The position numbers and the translations under genes are program-made. A stretch of 64,000 nt of DNA. Source: Lingula anatina. Its lineage: Eukaryota; Animalia; Brachiopoda. The notes under the pieces are model-generated. The model had not been told where the DNA came from. It saw only the letters and a list, made by a program, of their open reading frames with translations, and ran no database searches. Every line of letters starts with the position of its first letter. Within the stretch, counting starts at the first letter, position 1. The stretch is taken from the NCBI GenBank assembly GCA_051362555.1, contig CM120648.1, forward strand, positions 10,288,587 to 10,352,586. Reading direction: 5' to 3'. This document shows, in pieces, positions 1-11,508 of this stretch.

Positions 1-373
1 TCTACAGTGTATCTCTCTATATATAAGACGTGTAATAGTAATTACAACCGCCAAACCTCGATTTAACTCCTATTTCAAAATTGATATATCCACATATAAG
101 GCCTTCACCACATCATATAAATAAAAACCCCTGAAGACGCAATGAAACCGGTCGGGGCAAAATAACTGCTGTTCTTTATTTCTTTTATCATATATAATAA
201 TAATAATAAAAAAATTATTTTAAGTCAACATCCATTTAAAATGTTCAGTAGACTTTACATAAAATATCATAAATAATAATACATAAAATATCATAAATAA
301 AATCTAGGTAAAACAGCCATTATTCCATACAATTAAATGCAATTAATACAAGATTTATAAAACCAATTAAGAG

Positions 374-1154
374 TTAATCAAAATATTTCCTAAAAAGGTA
401 TGTTTTGATTTCTTTTTTTAAATGTTTGGTAGACTGAATTGCTCGGATTTCCAGCGGTAATAGATTCCATTCCTTTGGACCTGCAGCTTTAAAAGATATA
501 TCACCGTAGGTTTTTAATCGCATTTTTACTGGGTTGAGTAGCAATTGGTCTACAGACCGCAGATTTCGCATTGGAACATAGTGACTGACTAATTCATTGA
601 TGTAGATTGGTGCCAATCCATAAAAAGCATCGTGAGTAAAAACTAAAAATTTGAATAAAATTCTGCCTTGTATAGAGGTAGCCAGTGTAAACTTTTTAAA
701 CTGGGGAGATGTGTATGCTTGTGGATGTCCGAGTTAATAATCTGGCCGAAATATTTTGAATGCGCTGCAGTCTGGCAATTTGTTTCTTTGGACAACCGTA
801 TAAAATGAAGTTGCAGTAATCTAATCGAGATGTAACTAAACAATTTATGACTGTGGCTGCAGCAGAGTCGGACAACTGATTGCGAATTGCACTTATGTTC
901 CTAATGTTAAAAACCGCTGACCTGCATACACTGGCAATATGTTTGTTCATACAAAGCGATCCATCTAAAAATACACCAAGATTTTTTGCATAGGTTGTTG
1001 GCTTAATAATGCTTGATCCAATTTTGAGCTGAATTTGTTGTGCTATCATACGATTATGTGGCTGACTTATTACCAAAAGTTCAGACTTTCCATCGTTAAT
1101 TTTCAACTTATTACTAATCAGCCACCTGCGAAGATCGTCAATACATTTAGACAA
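374..1154 (-). mobile_element. 5'-truncated, frameshifted non-LTR retrotransposon (CR1/L2-clade LINE) ORF2 C-terminal fragment
   Basis: Three overlapping minus-strand ORF pieces give typical post-RT motifs: 'WLISNKLKINDGKSELL', 'AKNLGVFLD', 'SRLDYCN..LYG', 'LQRIQN.SARL', 'LKSLHWLP', 'APIYINEL', 'TYGDISFKAAGPKEWNLLP'. It lies in the intron following the exon at 1183-1319. Confidence 0.9.
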
Positions 1155-1182
1155 TATATCAATAGATATATAAATATATTAC

Positions 1183-2257
1183 CCAGCAAAACAGTCACCA
1201 CATATTGTGTCTCTGGTTAAATTACAAGGCTCTTTGGTTTCTCTGTACAAGTCAAGACAGTCGGTGCAATTTCGCCATGACATTTCGTCGAAACTGAAGT
1301 ATCGTTGGAACTCGCACACCTGTGTATCAAACAAAAGACCGTTTTAAATTTGATAATTTGGCATCAATACCCCAAAAACAAACTATCAGCTTAAAAAGAT
1401 GAATAATGTGCACTGATATCTTAATTAATATGATCCGCTAGCCTAACTAGAAAACTGCCTTATATGGTACGTTCTAGTTAAGTATAACCATACAAGTTAT
1501 GAAAAAGCATTACAAACTTAACAAACCGTGCAATGACCTCGTCATCTAAGAACAGAAATTGAAACCCAACAAACAGTGCTTTTAACTGTGCATGTGAATT
1601 GATTTCAGACAAATCACTGTGTGTTGGAATATTCGATTTGTTTTTTTTTTTATCCAATTCATTTTTTACAAAGATGTGTCTGTACATATAGCCGTCAACT
1701 GCGTCTGTCGTCGCCGTCGCCGCTGTCGTCGCCGTCGCCGCTGTCGTCGCCTTGCACTTTCACCGATAAGTGGAAAACCTGTTTACCTTTTGGCTTGAAA
1801 CATACAGCGCTGTTGAATATTCATAATACGCAGGTCAAGTTAAAAAAAATCAGCATGACCGGGGCATTTTCATAAAAGTTATGCTGTTTTTTTTTCACTT
1901 TTTTCAGTATAAATGCAAAACCGATAACACGATAAGTAGAAAACCATTTGAACTTTTGGCTTGAAACTGCAGGTCAAGCGCGAAAATCAGCATGATCAGG
2001 TGATTTTTTTAATTTATGCTTTTTTTTCAGGATAGTTACAGGTACTTACATAATTAGTAGATAAATAATTCCAATACGAATCTTACCGTTTGATTTAGCA
2101 GCGTGACGAGACATATCATTATTATCCGACCAGTCTTCACCATTGCGAGCCTAACATAAAAAAGAACACTATCAGAAGCATTTCGCTATAGCTAGATGAT
2201 AAAACAGTTTGCAAAATTGCATAATAGCACAATTTACCTTAAGGCGTATAAATGCAT
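1183..2257 (-). CDS. TNFR-superfamily-like gene C, 5' part only (signal peptide + cysteine-rich domain); continues beyond the left window edge
   Basis: Exons 2238-2257 (possible start), 2087-2150 (alternative ATG at 2143) and 1183-1319 have GT-AG sites and splice in frame to (MHLYALRLA)MVKTGRIIMICLVTLLNQT|VCEFQRYFSFDEMSWRNCTDCLDLYRETKEPCNLTRDTICGDCFAG. The C-x2-C...C-x3-DTICGDC pattern matches TNFR CRDs of the TROY/XEDAR type. Confidence 0.75.
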
Positions 2258-4161
2258 TCTCTTCTAACATACGACTTCTTTTGACATGGTAGTTAAAATT
2301 GCAGTCTCTTGTAGGTGCCAATACCTCGGCGATTTGGTGGCAGTCAGCCAAAGTTTCTTGCTTTTGTCACGTCAATAATATGCTAATTGGTAAGTGAATG
2401 ATGTAAAAGTTAAATGTAAGTATTAATACAAGATAATTAATGTTTATATATTGACGCTGTTTGATAAAATCTTAAAGGAACGTACATTGGAGACTTTTAA
2501 GTATTTTAAAATATGCATTAGACCTTTTTATATGCAGCAAATTAAAAAGCTATCCTTATTATTTCAACGAAAAATGCCCTTTCCAAAACTTCTCTTTAAA
2601 ATTAAACGTTAAAAATTTATGCGTAATAGGTGGATGGAGGCGACTATTTTAGGATTGTAAACATGAATCCTGTAATAAAGCCTGAAATACTACGTTTTAT
2701 AATTCATATATATTGAACGGAAAAAAGTGGTGATCATTTGCCTATATGCCAATCGACTCAAACGTTTCACTGGCGAAAAACAACATTAAAAAATAAATAC
2801 ACCTAATTTATATCATAACAAAAGTAACCTTATCAGAACTAATTTACTTACACTCTATTCCAGTGCCTCCAGTTTCTTCGTGAAACAGACAAAGCAACTA
2901 ACTCCGTTATATTTTCAAAGGTCTCAATGTTTCATGGGCTTGGGTGGGCAATATGCCACGATAAAATCAATCACATTTGTTATATTTGTGTTAAGGTAAA
3001 TTGTAACAAGTGACACGAAAGTAATCAATGAGCAAATCAGTCATTTATTGATGATTTTTTGAGCAGTTTTTCTATAATGATTTGTCCATACATTTTCTCT
3101 TAGTGGAGTAGTCACTCCTATGCCCCAATAAACCAAGAGATTTTTGTTATCATGAAGGTTTTTTAATTGGGGCTCTCAACTGAGGTTTAACTTTATTCAT
3201 CGGGATTAAAACCGAATATAGTGCCTGTCATATGACCTGAGTTCACAGCTGAATAAAGGTTAATTTAGTATTTAAGAAAATTAATAATAATAATAACGAC
3301 ATATTGTATAAATTGATATGTTGTTATGGCTTTGGCAGCCATCTTGCATAACTGTCAATAGTCTCAACTGTTTCATATAACTTCATTGTTGGGATCTACA
3401 TTGTAAATCAGCAAAACATTTTAAATTTGTAGTTAACCCTAAAATTATGTCTGAAGAGTGAAACTATTCAATGTATTCAGCAAATTTCTAGTAAATGGTT
3501 GGGCTGAAATAATGGTCTTATAGCCATGATTAAAGGCTTTTCATATGCAAGGATGTATATTTTGATTGGAATGGAGGCAATATGGAATATTAATATTGCC
3601 AAGGTTGCACAAGTGGCAACCAAACTAAATATGCTTTAGGACACCATGGAAACCAGAATCAAGAAAAAACAACATCATATAAAAAATGTCCAGATTCCGA
3701 AAATATTCCGCCTGTACTGAGAAACAAAGCGCAAGGTTCTCGAAACTACAATTTGATTATATCGTAACAATTTCTTTTCGCAGTCTAGACCTTTTCCAGA
3801 TGTCAAATTCGTAGTCCTTATCAAAGTGCGAAGTGTATTGAAACCTGTCACGGAGTTACAATGAAACTGGCGAGAGGCCCGTTTATTATTGCTCTTATAA
3901 GGTCTTGACGCAGAATGTGCATAGTTAAGAAAGCCAATATTGTATCCAAGGATATTCGTACACATGAAACATGATCAATAAATAATGAAAATAAAATTCC
4001 AAATAAAGGAAACGATTAATCAACATGGGTGACGCACACGTTTCTTTTTTTTCAATATCTATGTTGTAAGCATGCTTAGGAAGTGCTTATTGAGTGAGTG
4101 ACCAATATACGAGTTCCTCGTCTAGCATGTTCTATATACATGTAACAAAGCGTTATTTCAC

Positions 4162-4197
<36 letters not shown>

Positions 4198-4741
4198 AGT
4201 AGAAGGTTCCATAGTTTGTGGCGCATTAAAAACAAAATCAACTATTATTCAATTTTTCCTATTTTTGCGACATTTATTCAATTTATTAGAAGCAAACACA
4301 CATACGCAGTAATAACTTTGATTAAGGAGGTAATAAACGTGCAATTATTTTGCGACAAAATAGCTCAAACTGTCCAGTGTCGTAATAGAAACTTCATGTA
4401 ATAATTCAGATAAACTAATGGTATTATTCAATACTAAATGAAAATAAATTATATTTGTTAAGCCAAGCACATAACTAATGATTACTAAATTTCCATCACC
4501 CACATGAACACCCAGTTCAAGTTTAACTAAAGCTGAATGTAGCGCAACTCAAGGAAGTAGAGATACCCTAAGCATCAGGCACGATGTATAGCAGCTTCTT
4601 AATTATCAAACCTGTATCTGTGCACGCTTATCGCACTCTGACATTCAGTGGCAACCTTGATTGAAGTTCACCATTATCAAACGCCCATTGGGTATCTGAA
4701 TTCCGTTGTCCTGTTGAAGGGCTGGTGACTTACATTCAATT

Positions 4742-5057
4742 AGCGCATTCAGAACAGCGCACTAACAGATCCGCGGATCAAATATGGCCGACCCCAGGCC
4801 CGTAGCCAGCAATTTCAAAAGGGGGGTTCTTTTTCTGAAAAAGTGGACCTTTTACTATAAAGACTCCATGTACCTAGATCAAATTTTACCCACTCCGAAC
4901 CCCCCCCTGGCTACGGGCTTGGACCCACTTGAATACTAGTTGCGTATTCCCCGCTGGGAATCTATTCAGTGTCTAATCGGGAATTAAGCAAAAAAGGGTT
5001 TAGTGAATCGCAATATTTAATCCGCAGATTCGTTAGTCCGCTGTTCTGAATGCGCTT
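4742..5057. mobile_element. MITE with a nested second MITE (4795-4921)
   Basis: Outer TIR 'agcgcattcagaacagcg.actaac' / 'gttagtccgctgttctgaatgcgct'. The inner element CAGGCCCGTAGCCAG...CTGGCTACGGGCTTG is flanked by GACCC on both sides; the uninterrupted version is at 16918-17102. Confidence 0.75.
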
Positions 5058-6545
5058 ATTAGTAAATATTCAAGTCTTGCATTTCTGATTGGTGAATTCA
5101 ATAAAACACCACAGAAGTTCCTAGGAATTTGAAAATGAAGAAGCTGGAATACATCACCCTCTATCAGGGTCACAAATCGATATTTTCGCTAGATATTCAC
5201 AGATATGTGTCTGGTTAAATGATGGCTAGATTCTCTGTCGTGATGAAGAAAAATAGCCGTGAAAATCCGTGGCCCTGGTAGAGGGTAGAAACCTAATTCT
5301 CAGGCTAGGAAGTGAGGTTGGTTCCGAGCAACAATCCGCCTTTCACTTATGTTATTCCCGAGAATGGTGGCCAGCATAGTGAACAAAAGACAGGGTACAT
5401 GACCTTGACCTAGATAATGATGATGAACCATATCCATATCATCTACTTCCTGGAGTTTGCTTTGTAGGTTTTGGTTAAACCTGTACTGGGTGCATATTAT
5501 ATCATAATTTATACCACTTAAAATTTGAAGTCAATTCTCAAGGGAGCTCTAGTATTCTATCACACGACAGATACAGTCTGTCCCTGCTAGGCCTGCATTT
5601 TGTTTTTAATGAAAATTGTACAACTGCGAACTCTTTATGATTAACTCAGTTTATGATTAAAAGTTGAAATTAACTTATTTTAATGAAAGATCACCTTATT
5701 CAAGGCGCAGAGCTTGTTTTACAATACATAAGAAAGCAAGAAAAAGTCCTGTCGTCAAATTAAAATGCTAGAGCTCCTTTAAAAATAAAACAGATGCCCC
5801 TTGGGGGCTTTATACTATCTACAGTAGGGTCTTTGTACAGTGCATCTACCGAAACGTTTGTAAAGTCTCCTCATTCGATAATATTATGATAATTTTAAAA
5901 GATATGTTGAGAATATTTAGATATACATGTATATATATTGGGATAGCCAATGATATGCATCTTTGATTTCGTAACTGCTTGGATACACGGTCCTTAAGTA
6001 GGCCAAGTTAAACACAGATGCAAACACACATACACGCACACACACTTGAAGGTGGTCACACATGCACGCACATAATGTATACAAGCACACACTTTTAAAC
6101 AAACACAAAAGCAAGCTAGCAATTACATACATACAAACCAATGAACATTTAATTGTATTGTATGACTTAGTCATACCATCCACTCGTGGAACCAGGGTTA
6201 TGCTTAACGGGGAGGGGGGGGGGGTAACAAAATGGACGAGGAAAATACACGTATAAAAAGATACAAATGGATGCTTTACATGTGATATGCTAGACTTGAT
6301 TGAGTAGGGTATTAAACGATATTTCTGATCACTTACCCGTTAGCAATGTGTTGTCTTGGGAATTATTCCGTTGGCTGTAATTTCTGTCGTTATACTTATT
6401 ATACGTATTATACTTTTTTGGGACCTGGGTCAGTCATTCCTAAAAATTGATAGGTGTTCGATACAAAACATAATAAGCTAAAGACAGATATGGCATCGTG
6501 AGCCCGTTACAACAAAATCTGATGTTTCTTCTTAAACCATGTAGT

Positions 6546-8360
6546 CTATGGTACAGCCTCATATCTGTTACGATTAGGGTCACTACTCAACTTCAAACTA
6601 TCGATACCGAGACTTGCTTCCGCACAAATTGGTGGCAGAGCTGGCGGCGGCGGCGCAGGTGGCGACGGCGGTGGCGGCGGCGGTGGATGTCCATAATTGC
6701 CCACTTCCCCAGTGTTGCCCGTGGTGTTATTAAGTCTTTTGACAAAGGTACGGGAGTCTCGTCCCGACTCGTTCTCTGCAGAAAAATTACCTTTCGCAGT
6801 GGAATGGTTAGACGCCGTGCCTGCCACGGAATTGGGAGCTTGTGATGTCTTCTTGTCAGCTTCTCGATCCTCAGTACATTCAGTCGGCTTTTTGTAGCTA
6901 CCCGATGGGGTGTCCGTGGAATTTCCCGGTTGGAAGGTCGTGGAAGGTCCCGGTTGGGCGGTCGTGGGATGTAAAGATTGGGTGGTCGTGGGATGTCCCG
7001 GTTGAGCAGCCGTGGAATGTCCCGGTTGAGCGGCCGTCGGATGTCCCGGTTGGGGGGGCGTGGAATGTCCCGAGTGGGCGGCCGTGGGAAGTACAGATTG
7101 GGCGGCCGTGGGATGTCCCGGTAGGGTGCCCGTGGGATGTCCCGGTTGGGTTTCCGTGGGAGCTCCTTGTAGAATTTCTGTAGTCTGTTCTGGTGGCGTG
7201 CCTAAAATGAAAGCACTACTTGTAGTTTCATATATGAACACAAAACGTCACTCAGTACAAATAGCCTACGCTCATTTAATCTGATAATTAACCAAGTCTG
7301 TGGTTTTGTTAATAAATGTAGTACTTATTTCAAAATATAAATGTGCATGTAAAGTTCTCATATTATAATTTACAAAAATACAGCATCTCTTAAGAAACCA
7401 GATTGTTACGAATTTTACTTTTCACAGTGAACATTAAATATACAGGCACGAAAACAGACAGCTTAACTTACATGTAAGATATTTTTTTACCTGTGTCAGC
7501 CACAATAACGACAGCTAATGCAGGATGTTTCTCTCTCTTACACCTCCTCTCAATATTTCGCTTCTTAAGACAATACACAATGACTCCTGCCGCAGTTATG
7601 GCCACCAAAATAGGTAATACTATAGGTACAATGTACCAGTCATACCAAGACTGATCGCTAGTAGTGTCATTGGCAGCGTTCTTACAGAAAGATACGTCTG
7701 AAACAAACAAACAAAAAAAAAGACATTTGAAAACAAAGTTGTCTCGTTGGAAATTACATGATTGAGACAAAACTAAGGCTTATTTGACGGGGTTTATTAT
7801 TTATACAATGTATAACACACTTTGAAAATAAAGTGATATATGACACACGACAACAAACCGAAGATGGTCGTTAAGAAAACATTTTAATGTTTTAAAAGAC
7901 ATCACGTACATATACAGGGCTATACAATAAATTTAAACTGTATATCTAAGAAATATCTTAAAGGGGAAAAACTCCTCCGTTTGGCGGGAAAATAAAACGG
8001 ATTTTCCAGGGTAAACGACGATTTTCCAATACTTTCAATGATAATGAATCCGTTCTTTCTACGTCCTTTGTGCAACCATGAAACTGGCATCAGTGTTGTC
8101 GTAGAAAGGAAACACAAGCATAGCTTTGGTTGCAAAATGAATGCTCAATAATCGTTCAGTTGTCGGCTAGTAAGGTATTATCTCTTCTTTTAACTCTCAA
8201 AGGACGCCGTGCAGTGTAAAGGGGGGTTAAAAGATGACTGACAAACGAAAAAGGCAAGCCCCTACCTGTGCTGCACTCATTGTCGTGGGTTATGTTTCCC
8301 TCCCTTTTTGTACATTTGCCTTCTGCGCTGCAACTGTAACACATCAACGGACAATTTGCA

Positions 8361-8395
<35 letters not shown>

Positions 8396-8738
8396 TATGT
8401 AACTGTTTCAAATGCGAAATTATTTCAATAAGAGATACGCAAAGCGTTCGATAAAATATAGTCGGAACTGCTCGTAGGTTATCAAGAAAAGGAAAGGGAC
8501 AAACATTTTTGATAACAGAAAAAAGTAATAAAAAATAGGACCTAGTAGTCTTAAAGTGTGGTATTAAACGAAGTCTCCCCCACAAAATAATACTCATGAA
8601 TGCATTGTTATAATAGGACTATGTGTATCTCCGCATGTAGGCCTACCAGTCATTAATGAAGATAAAAAAATTGAAATATTTTTGGAAAATTTGAAATAAA
8701 GTATGGTCCAAGTATATAATAATAATAATAATTATTAT

Positions 8739-8785
<47 letters not shown>

Positions 8786-11508
8786 CGAAGCAAATGATTG
8801 AAGTTAATCTGTAAAAGAAGAGCTTACTTCGTTCTTTTCTTACACGGCAGATTATCCAATGTGGCAGAAAAATGCTTTGAACTACAGTTCTGACAGCCTA
8901 AAATAAACAAGAACATTTAAATAAGCTTAAAAATCACATGCCGCAGGCGAAACTTTTAACTTTTAAAGTTTAAATCTTTCATAAATCATAAAACAAATAT
9001 AGTAAAAGACTAACTGCATGCTTGTGACAACAATGCGTGAAAAGGGTTAACTTGCTAATAAAACTGTTAAGTGATATTCATTACAAAAAAGTGATTTTGT
9101 TGGTTATATCCAACAGACTACATAGCGGAAATTTTAGCACTCTTACTGAAATATTCATTCATTTTTCTTTGTTATATGTAAAGTATCATGTAAACAATTT
9201 GTATGCGTTTCTGCATAAAAATAAATGTTAAAATCTCTAGGAAGTTAATTTACAGATCAAAATTTTTAATTATCCGTTCATTAATTGTGCCCGGTAGATA
9301 TATTACCAAATATTTTACATTTACTTTTTATGTCTCTCTTTAATTAATAAGACGTTATACATGAAATATATGTCAGCCAATCAAATCTGAAATACTCGGA
9401 CATTTTCGCGAGATCTAGACACGGAAACGACCGAAAAGCTCCGACTCACTTACCATCTCGTTTCGGTTCCTGTCCTGGCGGACAGTTATTTACCAAACAC
9501 TCCTTTGTTATCAGCTGGTTGTTGGCATTTTTATAGCCGGGAAAGCAGTCGCCACACTCAGAGTTTGAAGTCGAGTTTCCTGCGAATTTGGTGACTCTGA
9601 AGAGCTTGTTGCAGTCAACGCTGTAAATTATACATTATAATAAAAAATTATTCACATCATTATTATAATTACTCACTTAATTTAGTTTCTAATCGCATGA
9701 GATCAAACTTCACTTGATCTGCTAGTATAAATAGTTAGAATATAAACATAAGGCCTGCTAGTAAATCAATTTAAAAAACCATACAAATCGAACAAGGCAA
9801 TAAACTTGTTTTACCAACTGCGTAGTGTTTATAGATTAAACACAGGTGCATAGCAGGGCAACATATAAATAATTCAAACCCAAAACATACTGTAAATGAT
9901 CGACTTTCGTATTAAAATGGATTTTTTTTATGTAAAAAGTAAGACTTAGTAAAAAAAATATACAAATTTTATGAAAAAAAAAATACTTCAGTATGCAGCT
10001 CCCACCGCCCATTGCCAGTGAAGTCCATGCCTCCTGCCTTGTGCCCTTCTCACATGGGTCACATGCTGAGGAATACGGGTCGCCCTCCTCACAGGCCACT
10101 GCCTTCTCTCCTGAAAACAAAAAAAAAAAAAAAAAAAAAAAATCCACAAGCTTAAAGTCGTGGAGGGACAATTTTTCTTAAATTGAACTTGTAACTTGAA
10201 CATGTAATTTTATTGGTAATTATTTAAATATCGTCACAGGCATCTGCCTTCTGTCCTGAAAACAAAAATATCCACAAGCTTAAAGTCATCGGCACCCATT
10301 TGTCTTTAATTAAACTTCATGTAACTTTGTTGGTAAATATCGTCAAAGGCAGCTGCCTTCTGTCCTGAAAACAAAAATATTCACAAGATTTAAGACGTGG
10401 ACAGAGCATTTTTCTTAAATTGAACTTCATGTAACTTTATTGGTAATTATCTAAATATCGTCACAGGCATCTGCCTTCTGCCCCGAAAACAAAAATATTC
10501 ACAACCTTGAAGCCGTGGGGCGACCATTTTTTCTTAAATTGAACTTCATGTAGCTTTATCGGAAATAATCAGCCCATTACATCGAATATCAATGGCGAGC
10601 CTTTTATGCAGCAGGTGGGGCCGAGTTTTATTGATGACACACGGAATTCAATAAATGAGTAAGCTAAAGCTTAGGCTGACGTACGGAGAAAAACAAAAAG
10701 AAAAAAGAGAACGCAATCAAATTAACGTCATGAAAATGTTCATGTTAATAATTTACCTGTGGAGTCTTGAGAGGGATCAATTTGGAAAAAAAGAGGAGGG
10801 GTATTCGTGTTAAAGTATGATGATTTTATGGCTGTTGGCTAATATATGACTTAATTACAAAATGTTTTAATTATAGAAAATAACCAAATTCATTAATAAA
10901 CTGTTTTACCAGGGAAAAGGAAAAAAGTAAACTGAGAAAAAAAATTAATATTCCCTTTGCTCTACCTGAGGCCCGTCTAGCTGTTTAAATCGGTTAACTG
11001 AGTAATAATGTGCAAAGCTTCTCAATGTAAAGTGCTCTGAATAAGCCAGGAAAATATCTGTGAATCTGGGGTGCAAAATCGAAAAAAAAAAATTGATGTC
11101 TAAAATAATATTAAGGTGTCATTTTGGTATTGGGTGACACCGCTGAATATCTAGTTAAAAATGAAACTGTGCCTTGATCAGAGGCAGATCCAGGATTTTT
11201 TTTAAAGGAATGGGGTCCGCGGATGCGAAGCCGACCCTCCCCCTCTAAATCCGCCCCTGTTGGTAAAGGGTTACAAAATTGGTTTTAAAAAATGACTCTG
11301 GTAGAGAGCAGATTTTGGCGTGCAGAGGGTATGAGACTCAGGTTGCCCTACCTGGACCACAAGTTACATCTTGACAGCAAATTTGTATCATGGTTATTTC
11401 ATCTCCGACCCGTCTCTCCCTGGTCACCACCACGAAGCCATTCTCACACTGTAGGCCGCCTACCCCAAGAACGGTCACAGAGAACACCGTGATAGCCAAA
11501 ATAAAATC
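6546..11508 (-). CDS. TNFR-superfamily-like type I membrane protein, gene B (EDAR/XEDAR/TROY-like ectodomain, no death domain); about 482 aa plus an unidentified first coding exon
   Basis: Phase-compatible GT-AG exons: 11352-11508, 9987-10110, 9454-9620, 8828-8897, 8266-8333, 7491-7697, 6546-7201. Signal-like DFILAITVFSVTVLGVGG. CRDs include CCQDVTCGPGE..C..SACDPCEKGT, DCNKLFRVTKFAGNSTSNSECGDCFPGY and CPPGQEP..GCQNC..FS..CKKRTNC..GNITHDNEC. TM segment WYIVPIVLPILVAITAAGVIVYCL followed by KKR, then a P/T/H-rich tail. Confidence 0.85.
6921..7160 (-). repeat. Coding minisatellite: ten 24-bp units encoding (P/S)TxxQPGH-like octapeptides in the gene B cytoplasmic tail
   Basis: 'ccgtgggatgtcccggttg'-like units recur at a 24-bp period and translate as PTETQPGH PTGTLPGH PTAAQSVL ... 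STTFQPGN. Confidence 0.9.
10090..10570. repeat. Four-copy tandem repeat (about 90-140-bp units) containing the gene B acceptor site at 10110
   Basis: 'ctgccttct(c/g)tcctgaaaacaaaaa..cacaag.ttaa..' recurs at about 10099, 10244, 10333 and 10471. Confidence 0.85.

Noticed and set aside
1690-2010. GTCGCC microsatellite followed by a duplicated 'ttttggcttgaaa' block
   Set aside because: Probably a decayed Helentron-type repeat, but its termini could not be defined.
3000-3965. ORF 3675-3965 and a possible DNA-transposon terminus
   Set aside because: No recognisable domain, and no partner TIR or TSD was found in the window.
6337-6374. Possible extra gene B exon with AG and GTAAGT sites
   Set aside because: It lies downstream of the stop at 6546 and would need a weak internal donor; there is no independent support.
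6498-7284. Plus-strand Arg/Trp-rich ORFs
   Set aside because: Antisense shadows of the gene B Pro-rich repeat exon.
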